Notes: generated by a model from the sequence alone, not told the origin. Numbered from the stretch's first letter, positions 49,124 to 61,138 are shown. The stretch: DNA of 64,000 nt from an uncultured Clostridia bacterium (GCA_947630065.1 CANRGE010000001.1:18840-82839); one strand, 5' to 3'. Translations and numbers: made by a program.

Positions 49124-49711
49124 TTAATATATCCAATCAAAAAATGTCTACTGGGAGAATTTGCCATTTTCGTCCTTGTAAAAAATAGCCCAACAATAAG
49201 CACAATTGGAATTTATTATATCATTTATATTACCATTGCGATAATGCTTTAATCTGTTAGCATACATATAAATGTTTTGCGGCTTATATTTGCTATAAAT
49301 CTAATCATATCGTTTTTTAGATTCTAATTGTGCAAGTTTCTAAAAGCTGCAAACATAACCATTGCATTTTACATCTTGTAATGCTTTTATTAACATTTCT
49401 GAAAAACCAATATTATATTTAATATTATAACTTTTTATAGGGAATTGAGTTATTATTAAGTCATAAGTATCTTTACAATTTAATTCCATATAATCTTGTT
49501 TTATAATATCTTGTCTTTTTGGTGTTATGTCATAACTATCAATCGGTATTTTTGTAAGCTAAAATAATCTATCAGATATAAAGCCGCCGCCTGCACAAGG
49601 CTCTAAAGCTTTTTTACATTTTCTAATTTCTGGCAAAACGACTAAAAGATTATTAACTATTATGGGGTCAGTAGCATAATTATCACTTTCTATTTTTTCT
49701 TTAGTCATCAT
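49124..49711 (-). CDS. SAM-dependent methyltransferase-like protein (195 aa, 4 in-frame TAG)
   Basis: MMTKEKIESDNYATDP...ALEPCAGGGFISDRLF(TAG)L (motif I) ...YDLIITQFPI (degenerate NPPF-like motif IV). Ends ...FS(CAG)(TAG)TFFDWIY then TAA. Confidence 0.45.
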
Positions 49712-50225
49712 TTAAATCACCTAATATATAACTATTATAAAAAATTGAGGCTTCTACTTGTAAATCTTTAATAGTAGAATCATTGTGTATAATTATATCA
49801 TATTCATAATTATATACTTCATCATCTGCTGAATTGCCATAATTGTTATTTCTCGTCCTGCTATTATCTACCAAAATTGTCTTAGCATTATAATATTTTT
49901 TGAAATTATCAATATCTTCTTTTTCTCTCATATCAATAAAAAGAACATCATAACATTCATCAACAAAGATTTTTACTTCATCAAGAACTATTTGTAAAGG
50001 TAAAGAATTATAATCAGTTAATAGTTTTTTTAAGTCACAAAGAAATTTTCTATCTTTATTGGTTTTTGAACCATTCCATTTACAAAGAGAGGCTATTTCT
50101 TTTACATAATCAATTATTGATATTACTTCACATTCCAAGTCATTTTTGCTACAAAGCTTTTTTATGTAGTTTTCAAAGGTAGTTTTTCCAGAGCCGCCTT
50201 TCCCATTAACTATGAAAATTTTCAT
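49701..50225 (-). CDS. P-loop NTPase (nucleotide-kinase-like)
   Basis: MKIFIVNGKGGSGKTT Walker A at the N-terminus, 174 aa. Confidence 0.45.
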   Translation of the reverse strand: MKIFIVNGKGGSGKTTFENYIKKLCSKNDLECEVISIIDYVKEIASLCKWNGSKTNKDRKFLCDLKKLLTDYNSLPLQIVLDEVKIFVDECYDVLFIDMREKEDIDNFKKYYNAKTILVDNSRTRNNNYGNSADDEVYNYEYDIIIHNDSTIKDLQVEASIFYNSYILGDLNDD

Positions 50226-50228
50226 TTA

Positions 50229-51191
50229 TTATCCTCCACAAATATTATTTATTATTTCTAATTCTGTTTTATTTTCTTTTTTACATATATCTTCAAAACC
50301 TATGAATTTTATATTATAATTATCATCTTGAAAATCTTTTAATAATGATATATTATTAAGATTACCATAATTTTCAGATGGAATATTTGTTCTTCTTAGT
50401 ATTAACCAATTAAATAATTTATCTTCTAATATTTCTGGTTTATCTTTATAAAAATATAAAGATATTACATTTTCATTTTCCATTTGATTAAGATTTTTAG
50501 AATCTTTAATATTATCATTAGATAGATAAATAACATAAATAGGAGGTTTATTTTCATCTATAATATTTTTTAAGTCTAAATTATATTTTAAGGGATTATT
50601 ACACCAATTATTAAAATGTTCTATTATTGTATTAGAAAATTTAATTATTGGGTCTTGATAACCTATTTTAAAGAACAATGACATAATAAATATTTCATCT
50701 GGAGTAGGATAATTATTAAATAAGTTATAAGTGTCAAATTTATTATATATTGTTTTTATTTTATAATTATAAATAATAGAATTAGATATTTTATTATCAT
50801 TTAATACTTTATAAATAGGATTATTAGAGGACTCTATAATAAGAGTTTTATCTTTATTTAAAGCTAATAATTGTTTATATTTTATATATTTTTCTTTTTT
50901 AGAAAAATAATTTTTTATTTTTTGAGGTTTATTATATATAATAAAATCAAAATCAGATATACTTCTTATACTACACAATATATGATATTCTATTATAGAT
51001 AATATATCATCATTATTAAAAAAAATATATGTTTTATTTTTAAATAAAGTAGATTCTTGTTTAATAAAATTATTTATAACTTTATTTATTAAAATATTAG
51101 TTTGTATATCTATATTTTGAGAAGATACTTTATAATCCATATTTAATAAATAGTGTAATAATTTATTATTTATATCATGCATATTATTCAT
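50229..51191 (-). CDS. hypothetical protein (Asn/Ile/Lys-rich)
   Basis: Intact 320-aa ORF with GAGGTGA RBS. First gene of the leftward block. Confidence 0.45.
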   Translation of the reverse strand: MNNMHDINNKLLHYLLNMDYKVSSQNIDIQTNILINKVINNFIKQESTLFKNKTYIFFNNDDILSIIEYHILCSIRSISDFDFIIYNKPQKIKNYFSKKEKYIKYKQLLALNKDKTLIIESSNNPIYKVLNDNKISNSIIYNYKIKTIYNKFDTYNLFNNYPTPDEIFIMSLFFKIGYQDPIIKFSNTIIEHFNNWCNNPLKYNLDLKNIIDENKPPIYVIYLSNDNIKDSKNLNQMENENVISLYFYKDKPEILEDKLFNWLILRRTNIPSENYGNLNNISLLKDFQDDNYNIKFIGFEDICKKENKTELEIINNICGG

Positions 51192-51209
51192 ATCATCACC
51201 TCTATATAT

Positions 51210-51238
51210 ATTATAATATATTTTTAATAATAAGTCAA
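51210..51238 (-). promoter_or_regulatory. sigma70-type promoter, family copy 19
   Basis: Minus strand: TTGACT, 17 nt, TATAAT. Confidence 0.55.
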
Positions 51239-51290
51239 ATATTTGATTTATATAATAATATATGTTATAATAATATATAGAGAAAGAAAA

Positions 51291-51340
51291 TTATATAATA
51301 TATAATTATTATATAATATATAATTATTATATAATTTATA
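51291..51340. repeat. 18-bp tandem repeat, about 2.6 copies
   Basis: ttatataatatataatta occurs at 51291-51308 and 51309-51326, then a partial copy. Confidence 0.7.
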
Positions 51341-51389
51341 TTATTATTTATATCATTATTATTATAGTTAAGAAAAATAAAAGATAGTT

Positions 51390-51469
51390 ATTTAATAATG
51401 CGTTAGCATTATTAAATATTCCTATATTAACATGAGTAATTACGTAGTAATTACGAGTGTTAATATAGG
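51390..51469. repeat. two adjacent long palindromes in the divergent intergenic region
   Basis: atttaataatgc-gtta-gcattattaaat (51390-51417, 12-bp stem). cctatattaaca...tgttaatatagg (51421-51469, 12-bp arms) encloses two copies of the self-complementary octamer gtaattac. Confidence 0.7.
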
Positions 51470-51627
51470 AACTAAAATAACTTATAATATATATATTATA
51501 AAAATATTATTATAACAATATATTATTACATAAAAATAAATATTATTTATATAAAAAATTAAATATTATATAGATATTTTAATATTATTTAAAATAATTA
51601 TTTAAAATAAATAGGAGGGAGAAAATT

Positions 51628-54600
51628 TTGGCAACTTACACACAAGCTGAATTAAATGCTTTTAAAAGCGCAATGACACAAATTGTGCCTATAATTAGTG
51701 GCGCAACTCCTATATCAATGGAAGAGGCAGTTAGTTTTTTATCTACTTATGAAGGTTTAGAAGATACAGTAAAAAACCCTATAAAATTATGGGAACTAAT
51801 GGTGAATTATCTTGCTAATGAAAATTAGTCAGGATTCTTAGGATTACCTCTTATTAGTCAACAAAATTTTGCAGGAAGTAATAACAACACTATTTTTGCT
51901 TATCTTAATAACAACATAGATTTACCTGATAGCAGATTCAAAACTCTTTTAAATAATTATAAAGGTTAGATAGATTTAAGTACACCCAGCGGCACAACTT
52001 ATAATGCACCATTTTGGAATGAATCTGTTAGCTATTTAATGGCAAATTTACTTGCAGATTTTGATTTATCAACTATCAAATCTTTAGAAAATTAGGGATT
52101 TAATGAAAATATCTCACCCGTTCAAAGACCTAATGCACGAATAAAAAATAATGGACAAGCTGCATTTAGAATTACAGATGTAATATCAGCAGATGCAGGA
52201 AGAGATTTTAGCCAATACTATGTAAGACCATCTTATAATATTCAAGGACAAAAATATACTGATGTAAGAAATAGTGATTTAATTTCAACAGATGCAAAAA
52301 ATTCTGGACAATTATAGTATACAAATTCTACAAATGATTATTTAAGATTGTTAATGCCTATGTATACTCGTCAAGTTAAAGTTGAAGATTTAGATAGAAA
52401 TTTTTGGGTAATTGGACAATCTATTGCGGCAATTTGTGCTTATTTATTTGAAGATGATTCACCTTTAGTAAATATACTAAATAAAATGTTAAATGAAATT
52501 TTTCAACTTTGGGAAAATGTTTTGTTTTTATGGGTATTAACTGCATTAAATACTTATAAAGAAGAAGAAAAATATACTGATGTACATTGTGAGGTTGTTC
52601 CTTATCCTCAAAATGCTAATATGCATAATTATAAATATGATAATGCTTATTATAATGATGTGGATTTTGATGGGAATAGTTTTAAAGGAACTCTTTATGA
52701 TTTTGGTGAGGGTATAAAGGGTGAACTGATTACTACTGATTCTACTAATGCTACTTATTCAAAAATTTTGAAGAATAATATAAAATTATTTAGTTACTTA
52801 AAAGACAGCTATCCTAAAAGTAATTTATGTATAATACCTTTTATTAGATGTCATAATTATGAACATAATTATTATAGTGTTGAATATTATCCCGGTGTAA
52901 TTTACTATGATAGAAATAGTGACAAGTGGGGTATGTAGAGTTTTAAAATAAATCAAGAGAGTGACACTACAAAAAAACCAGATTATAGAAGTTATGATGC
53001 TAATTTAGATAAATCAATAACTGTACAAGATTTAATACGTATGCAAAAATATATCAATGGTGATGAGGTAGATTTTACAGGACAATTATATTCAGAGTTA
53101 ATAAAAAATAATACTATAGAGCAATATTATAAGATAGACCCAACAAACAATTTAAACGATTTTATAGTCGGAGATGCCAACAATGATAAAGAAATCAATA
53201 TAAAAGATACTATACGTATACAAAAACTTATAAATGAACATAACGATATAGAATTAAACGAAGATGGTTCAATAAAGTCAGAAAGCGGTGGGAATAGTAA
53301 CCCTGGAATAACTGTTATAAATAATGACTATGGAATACTAATTGTTGCATCATTTTATAAACAATATATAGGAGCTATAAGTGATGAAATTGATAATAAA
53401 AGATATTATGTATATCCTTTTTCTGACTTGGAAGAAAAAACTGAATACGAACCTAAAACATATAGAACTATTTTAAGAACAATTTTTGATAATAATAGTG
53501 TAAGTGCTTCTTTATCAGGAAAAGAAATAAATGGAATGAATGTAAGATTAAATAGATTTTCTATGTTAATAGAAGATGTTGCGAGAAATTTAGAAATAGA
53601 AAGTGACCCCGATTCAGAAGAAAACCCCATGCCAATAATTCTATATGAGTTAAATAAAAATGAAACAGATGGAACGTTAGATATAGAAACTGTTTCAATT
53701 ATAAAACAACCAGAAGCTAATCAGCATATTTTAGGTAAAGAAATAAAAATAACAAAAGGTTATTATTTAGGAGAATTAGTTTCTGAAACAAAAAGAAGTA
53801 ATCAAAAAAATTATACTTTTAAAACAAAAGAAATAAATTTAATGCCTATTAAAAATAATTAGGCTTGGAATAATATAAGTAAAATAAATAATTATGACGA
53901 AAATTAGTTTAAACAAATAGCTGATATAGATAAAGATAAGGAGTCAATACAAATAAATATTGTTACTCATGATAGTGATTTATACCATCAAAGTGAAAAA
54001 ACAAATTTACATAAATACTATGTTGATGGTGTTGAAATAGTACCAAATGGCACTACAATTCCAGATAAAATATTAGATGTTAGTTTATCAGATAATAATA
54101 TTATAAGTTCAAATAGTTCTAATAATTTCTTAAATAGTTATAGAGAACAAGTCTATTCTTATGCTTAGATTACTGCTCCTTTTTTAGAAAAAGGAATAGA
54201 TTATTCAAATTATATTGGGTATAATTATCTACCCAAAGCAGGAAATATTACAGATGGTATTGTTTCATCAATACTTGTACCACAAAAAAATAATGATAAT
54301 GGAATATTATCATTACCTTCTGATGAAGATAATGCATCGATTAAAAGAGCAAGATAGTCTTGGGATTACACATTATTTGAAATTTATGCTACAGAAAAAC
54401 CTATAACGAAAGATAATTGGATTATATCGGTAGTAAAAACCAATTGTATTTTTGGTGCTTTGCCAAGTTTTAAACCTTATGACTCCATAAATAATATAAA
54501 AGTTTTGACTAATATATCAGACGATGTATTAACATATGATAAAAATAATGAAGATGTAATCAATATAATAAAAAACATGATAAAAAATAATGTAGTTAAG

Positions 54601-55086
54601 GCTCATATTTCTACAACTTTACAATTAAATAATAGTTCAATAAAAAAATATATAATACCATTCTTTTTAATAGGCTATCCAATGCCAGATAAAGATAATG
54701 AAGATTATAATACATCAGATTACACTAAATTATATAAAGATTTTAATACATTATATGATATTGTAAGTAAGACTGATAATAACAATACAATTAAAACTGC
54801 AATAATGAATAGTGAAATACAACTAATTCCAGCCTTTTTGAATCAACAATGGCACTATTATTTTAATGCTAATGGTGAAGTTCATTATGAACATAAATAT
54901 ATATATAATTATAATTCAAACGAGTCAAATACAAAAACGAAATATGATAATGAACAAGAATATAATAGATTAAAATAGCAAGTTAAAACTTAGGTAAAAC
55001 CATATGGTAGAGAAGCTTCAATAATGGATAATGGAAAAATACCTTTTAATTTTGACATTTATCCACATAATGGATATAATTATTAA
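51628..55086 (+). CDS. giant protein L1 (1152 aa, 11 in-frame TAG), putative virion protein with dockerin/EF-hand-like loops
   Basis: TTG start after AGGAGGGAG. Track ORFs 51628-51828, 52348-52938, 53041-53862 and 54460-54978 are all in frame 1. I checked every gap codon by codon and found only TAG interruptions. TAA at 55084. Confidence 0.7.
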
Positions 55087-55097
55087 GAGATGGTTAA

Positions 55098-57833
55098 ATG
55101 ACTATACAAACTTTTTTTGAGCAACTAAAACAAACAAGTAGTATATTTCCAAATTTAATAAAAAATCTTGCAGATGAATATAAAAAAAGAAACAAATTTC
55201 CTAATATTGACTTCGATAAAGAATTTTTATCATATTTTTAGCAACATATTCCTTTTGAAAAAGCCGCAAATAATTCACCATTAGGAAATATTCAAAGAAA
55301 TATAGATTTAGATGATGAACAAATTGATAATATAATTGAACAAATTTAGAACAATAATCTCACTAATAAACCATGGAATGAATCAGTTGTTAATCTTGCT
55401 ATTGAAATATTAAAATTATCAAAAGATAATTTAATAAAATCCTCTGGTGGAACAGAAGAAATTTTCAAAAAAGCTGACGCTGGTAATTCTTTTACAGACT
55501 TAAACAATGTAGTAAAACCAATGACTAATTTAAGTAATGATAATTTTAAGTCAATTATCGGTAATTCAGCGGAAGTACTTAAAGCATTATTAAATGATAA
55601 GCATATTCAAAAAACAAATAATATAACAGATGAGTACCCTTTTATATCACTCTTAATGCCAAAAAATACAAGACGAGTTGAAATAGCAGATTTAAATAGG
55701 AATTTTTGGGTTATAGGTGCAATTACAACTCTTATTAACAATATGCTATTCAAGCAAGATAATAATTATCAACAAGTTTTTTCTAATATGATAAATGAAA
55801 TTACTTAGTTATGGGAAAATCTACTCTATTTATGGGCAACTACTATTCTTACTGAATTATTAGAAGAAACTCCTCTCCATGTTGAATTTTTATATTTACC
55901 AAATAATGAATTTTAGAATTATAGAAAATTTGATAATTTTGCTTTTAATGAAAAAATAAATAATAACTGGAATTTAGGCAATAAAGACGAAGAAGAAAAA
56001 ATGTTAAAAAGTCGTTTGAATTTTTTAAAATAGAAATATCCTGAATATAATATTTGTATAATTCCAATTATAAGATGTAATAATTATGAATCTAATTATT
56101 ATAAGGAAGAAATTTATGAATGTTTTTATTTTATACCTGCAAAATCGAATAATTATCATATAACTTATATGGCACAATTTACCAATAAAATCAATTTTCC
56201 ATGGCGAAATTCAATTAGTATTGATAATAACTGTATAGCATATAAAAAAGATGATGCAGGAAATTATTATTATATATCTCCTTTTAATAAAGTTTCTAAT
56301 GTTTATGAGTACAATCCTACTAAATACTATGCTGCCGCCAGAATTACGCCAACATTAGAGTACAGTTATAAAAATAATATAATATCCATAAAAGGTGGAA
56401 AAGATAAAGGACTTTCTATAAAAGTAACTGATGCTATAGCTAAGGCAGCGAATTTATCAGAAAGTTTTTCAATGGATATTTTTTTACAAAATAATTTACA
56501 ATATAATTTTACAACTGGAATTATTGAAACGCCTGAATCAATTACAATTGGTGAAGATGGTAGAGAAAGAATAAAAGTATCAGTTTATACTAATTCTCAT
56601 ACAATTCAAATGGACACCCCTAAAAAATTTTCCTTTCTTAATGGTTTTTATTTAGGTGAATGTGTTTCTGATTATAAAAATTCACAAAGTATTTCTTATG
56701 ATTTAGTTCTTAAAGAGATTGAATTAGAACCTTTTATAAATTCAGCTGTAGAAAATACTAATTTTAATGGAGTTTCTTATCCCTCAATTTATACAATCCA
56801 AAATAATGAAGAAAAAATCAACCCCATTTTTTCTGAAAGAGCCAGTCTCGAAAATAGTGGAACAATTATAGAAAGATACACTAAAGATAATTAGACAGAA
56901 TTTTAGGGTACATCTTATATGACATTAAATGTTGGGAGACATTCCATAGGTTGGTGGGGTGAGGGTTCAACAAAAACAGAATTTTGGAATATAAAAAATG
57001 ATAAATTGCTTCTTGATTCAAAAACTATACCTTTTACTCATCATTCTGGAAACTTATATAAAGGTGCAGCGTTAGTTGACCCATTAAATGATAAAATAAC
57101 TTCATATTCTGAGTACTATTGGTATACAACAGGAATACCTGGTATTGCACCATATGTATTTAAAGATTCAGGTTTTACATACTGGATGCATAATAAGAAT
57201 TTTACCTTTATTTATACTAAAAATGGTGAAGATTTAAGTAGTGACAATTGGATAATTAGATATGTTCAATTTTCTGGTGCGCTTACATTTGATACATAGT
57301 CTGCTTTTCAAAATACGGATAATCAAACAATTAAAGATTTTTGTATAAATTTAAATAAATGGAAATTTCCTTTATCAGCTACTAATGATAATACTTTTAT
57401 TTGTTATCAAGATAGCCTAAAGGAATATAATAGCTATTCCTATGAAATAGAAAATGGTGCATTATATACAGGCGGACATAGTTATTTCTATCCAGTAATA
57501 TCAAAAGTACAAACCAATATTTTCTATCCAAATGGAAATTATGATATAAATATAGACGTATTAACTTATAATAATCAACCTATTTATCTTTATAATAAAG
57601 AAATTGACTATACAAATCAAAACTATACTGATTCAAATTGTCCATTTAAGTGGAAATCAATTAAAACAAGTGACAATTATTCCAATATAATATCTCAATT
57701 AACAGATGAAAAACTAAATTCTCCAGTATCAACTAACAAATATTATTGGCTTGGAGATTTCTCAAACACATTGGATTTCACAAAATATCAAATAGATGGA
57801 AAACGTAAAGGACAAAAAACGACAAAAATTTGA
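55098..57833 (+). CDS. giant protein L2 (911 aa, 8 in-frame TAG), paralog of L1
   Basis: ATG at 55098. ORFs 55521-55808, 56169-56894 and 56919-57299 are in frame, and the gaps contain only TAG. Shares LLMPxxTRxVxxxDLxRNFWVIG...NEIx(Q/TAG)LWEN...CIIPxIRCxNYExNYY with L1. TGA at 57831. Confidence 0.7.
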
Positions 57834-57858
57834 AAAAACATAAAAAAAATGATATAAT
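57830..57858 (+). promoter_or_regulatory. sigma70-type promoter, family copy on the plus strand
   Basis: TTGAAA, 17 nt, TGaTATAAT. Upstream of the gene at 57906. Confidence 0.55.
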
Positions 57859-57905
57859 AATATTATAAGGTTTTATATTAGGTTCTTTAACCTTGGAGGA
57901 CTAAT

Positions 57906-58118
57906 ATGAGTAAGTTTTTAGTTGCTTTTTCAGCCCCTACCATGCATTATATGAACGATAAGGACTTTTATACAGAAGTATATGAAATTGAAGTTAATAA
58001 AAACGACCTCTCTATTGAAAAAGAAAAACTTTTAAGAAAGTTTTGTATTAGTCATAATGTAGCACTTAATGATGCTTTTGAATTATGGACTCTAAAAGTT
58101 AAACAGCCAGTTAAATAA
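57906..58118 (+). CDS. hypothetical protein
   Basis: Intact 70-aa ORF with GGAGGA RBS, its own promoter and terminator. Confidence 0.5.
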   Translation: MSKFLVAFSAPTMHYMNDKDFYTEVYEIEVNKNDLSIEKEKLLRKFCISHNVALNDAFELWTLKVKQPVK

Positions 58119-58122
58119 TTTT

Positions 58123-58149
58123 AAGCCCCTTTAAAGGGGCTTCTTTTTT
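58123..58149 (+). terminator. rho-independent terminator (plus strand)
   Basis: aagcccct-ttaa-aggggctt followed by cTTTTTT. Confidence 0.75.
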
Positions 58150-58153
58150 ACCA

Positions 58154-58181
58154 TAAAAAAATCCACGATTTAATCGTGGAT
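58154..58181 (-). terminator. rho-independent terminator (minus strand, end of tail-fibre operon)
   Basis: atccacgat-tta-atcgtggat with a T7 run on the minus strand. Convergent with the plus-strand terminator. Confidence 0.7.
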
Positions 58182-58190
58182 TCTTTATTG

Positions 58191-59258
58191 TTATTGAACT
58201 GTAACAGTTCCCTCTGTTCCAGTAAAAGACGGTTGTGTGATAGTTCCTTTAGGAGTGTAAGTGATACTAACAGTTGCATCATCACCAGTAAATACAGGCT
58301 TACTAATATCACCTTCGGGAGTATAATCAACACTAATAGTTGAAGGAGTTCCTGTAAAAGTTGGAGTTGCAATAGTCCCTGTAGGAGTATAGGAAGCTGT
58401 TAATGTTGAAGCACTTCCTGCAAATGTAGCAGTTAAATCAGTAGGAGTTCCAGTAAAAGAGGGTGTGGTAGTAGTTGCTGATTTAATTCCAGTTACAACA
58501 GTTACTGCACTTCCCTAAGTCGGCAATGCACCAGTAGTCCATTTAAGCTCCAAAGTTTCATCAGCCACAGTTGTTTCAAGACTGGGTAATGTACCGACTG
58601 ATGTAATCGGCGTTATAGTGTCAGTATTGGGAGTAACTGTAGTTGTTAATGCACCAATAGTACCAGCGGGAGTGTAATTACCTGAACTACTTACAGGAGA
58701 TGTTGCTTTTATGGTTACATTTCCAGACGGAGTGTAACTATTTGTAGTTATTGTATCTGCGCCGCCAGTGAATGTTAAACTACCTATAGTGCCTTGTGGC
58801 GTAAAGGCAGTTGAAAGTGTTTTCTTAGTGCCAGTAAATGTCAAATCGCCAACAGTACCTGTAATAGAAACATTGGAATCAGTCAAAGTTTCCTGCGTAC
58901 CACTAAAAGTAATAGCTGAAATACTACCTTGTGGTGTGAATTTGCCTGTTGCACTATCCTTAAAGGCTAAAGCCTTTAATGACCCCATGTCACCAAATTC
59001 TTTCCATTGAGTGCCATTCCAAGCAAACTCTTTATCATTATATATTACTACATCACCAGAATTTGGCGTTACGCTATCAGTGTCTATTTGAATAGGAGAA
59101 GTAGTAGATTTATCCGTTATTTGAGTAGTTGTTTCTCCTATGTAGTGCATTGCACCAGTTAATCCAGTTTTTAAGTCACTTATTTCTTGTCTTGCCTATG
59201 TGTCTTTAATGTTATATGTATTACCGCTTGGTAATTTTATTTTAGAAATATCAGGCAT
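58191..59258 (-). CDS. tail fibre protein 1 with periodic YTPxGxI...FTG repeats (355 aa, 2 in-frame TAG)
   Basis: N-terminus MPDISKIKLPSGNTYNIKDT(TAG)ARQEISDL. At least 8 repeats of about 25-30 aa of the form (F/Y)TPxG(T/S)I..(L/P)(T/S)F(T/S)G. ORF 58515-59150 continues past TAG 58515 to TAA 58191. Confidence 0.65.
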
Positions 59259-59273
59259 TATTTTTCACCTCAA

Positions 59274-60698
59274 TTAGTAAATAGAAAAAAGTATTTCAAT
59301 TATGTTGTCTGTTATACGTTTTACAACTCTATAGCCTTTTTCAGAAGATGTCGCTATGCCGTTTTCGCCACAAGTACAATATTCATTTACTTTGCAAGTT
59401 CCATCATCTCTTACTCTTATATAGCCAAGCATACCAATTGCAGCCCATTCAGGACGTTCAGCACGAGAAATATATTTTTGGTTTTCATCGTAATCAGGAT
59501 TTATTGTTAAAGGTTTACCATCTTCTTCATTACCATAGATAAATCTACCAAAATCATCTCTTATATATGTTTTAGACCAACATTCATCTGCATTACCTAC
59601 AATACTTGGAGTACCAGAAACAATTCCTGCAATAAAATCACCAGGCTATGCAATGTTGATTTTATCACCATTTAAGGTTACAAATAATCCTACTCTATCT
59701 TCATTAAATAAGTTGCCATCTTCCCATTCTTTATATTCTGCATAATCTGCGCCAGAGGTATGAAAAGACTAAAGTCCATAAGCAGTTCCATCATAGTTTA
59801 CTCTAAAAGCATTAGCCTAACTACTTGCTGTGCCATTACCTATTACAAAAGCTGTTCCAGAAGTTCCATTAACAGAACCATAATTTGATGTTCTGTTATA
59901 ATGTCCAAAGGCAATCCCCCCAGTAAAACCACGAGCATTACTACCTATAGCAACGGCTTCAGAACCCTATTTAGTTATTGTACAATTGTTACCTAAACAT
60001 AAACCATACATAGAATCTACAGTATTGTTAAAACCAATACCTACACAAGTATTTGCATTTTCCTAAAATGTATTAGTAAATCCTATTGCAACACAAGTAT
60101 CAGATGTATCAAATTGATTATTATTTCCAATTGCAGAAATAGTTCCAGACCCACTTATAGTATTTAAATCACCCATTATATAACAATTTGATGACCAATC
60201 TTGTATATAATTTTGGTTGCCAGCAATAAAACATTTTTCTGATGAATCAATATTACTATTATATCCACATATTATTGTAGAATAATCACTATCTACCCCT
60301 ATCGTATTAGTTTCACCAGCTACAAAATTTAAACTACTGCTACAAGTATTATCAAAACCAATTGCAAAGTTATTTTCTCCACCATATATTATGTTAGAAG
60401 AACCAAATAAAGTATGATAATTTCCAGCTACATTTTGTTGATTATCCCCTGCTATAAAACAACAAGTGCTTTGACTGGTTCCAAGTGATAAATTATTGAT
60501 TTTAAAATTCCCTAAACTTTCTGGGTCATTATAACTAACTACTTCTAAATTATCTCTTGCTTCTTCTGCTGTAGTCGCACCTGTGCCACCTTGCGTAATT
60601 GGTACAGGCACGGATATTAAATTACTACTTCTCGCAACACTATCCTTTATATTATAAACCTAACCATCAGGTAATTTAATTTTAGATATATCTGCCAT
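59274..60698 (-). CDS. tail fibre/appendage protein 2 with beta-helix repeats and peptidase-G2-like C-terminal domain (474 aa, 6 in-frame TAG)
   Basis: N-terminus MADISKIKLPDG(TAG)VYNIKD. Repeats of N.aiG..n. C-terminal NAFRVNYDGTAYGL(TAG)SFHTSGADYAEYKEWEDGN...RPEWAAIGMLGYIRV resembles the autoproteolytic intramolecular-chaperone domain of phage tail spikes. Confidence 0.65.
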
Positions 60699-60709
60699 TA
60701 TTCATCACA

Positions 60710-61138
60710 TCACTTATTAGTAAATATTAACAATTCACTGTCAACAGACGATTCATCAATAGTTACTTTTTCATTCCATTTATTTTTATCCTAAATTGTA
60801 ACATGAATATCTTGATTCTCTATATGTTGAGAATAAAGTGTGTCTATAAAAGGTAAATCAGCTAAATATGAATTGCCATCACCTATTTTTATTCCTGCTA
60901 CATCTTTACTTAAATCCTGTTTATAGTTACTATAAATATAAATAGTACCTTTTTTAGGAATTAAAATAGACTAACTTGCCCAATTTTCTTTTGTATCACA
61001 AAAAATTTCTGCATTTGCAGCATTAACATCAACAGTTAATTTATTGATTTTTTTCATAATTACACTGTTTTCATCATTTAATTTATTCCAAAGGAGCTAT
61101 AATCCCTCCTCATCTAAATATTTTTTATTTTTAATCAT
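60710..61138 (-). CDS. tail-associated protein (142 aa, 3 in-frame TAG)
   Basis: MIKNKKYLDEEGL(TAG)LLWNKL... This N-terminal YLDxxGLxxLW motif recurs in the gene at 61131-62594. Confidence 0.5.

Noticed and set aside
58148-58372. Track ORF MQLQLLQELLQ... (74 aa, minus strand).
   Set aside because: It is an alternative frame of the repeat-rich C-terminus of tail fibre 1, low complexity and without an RBS.
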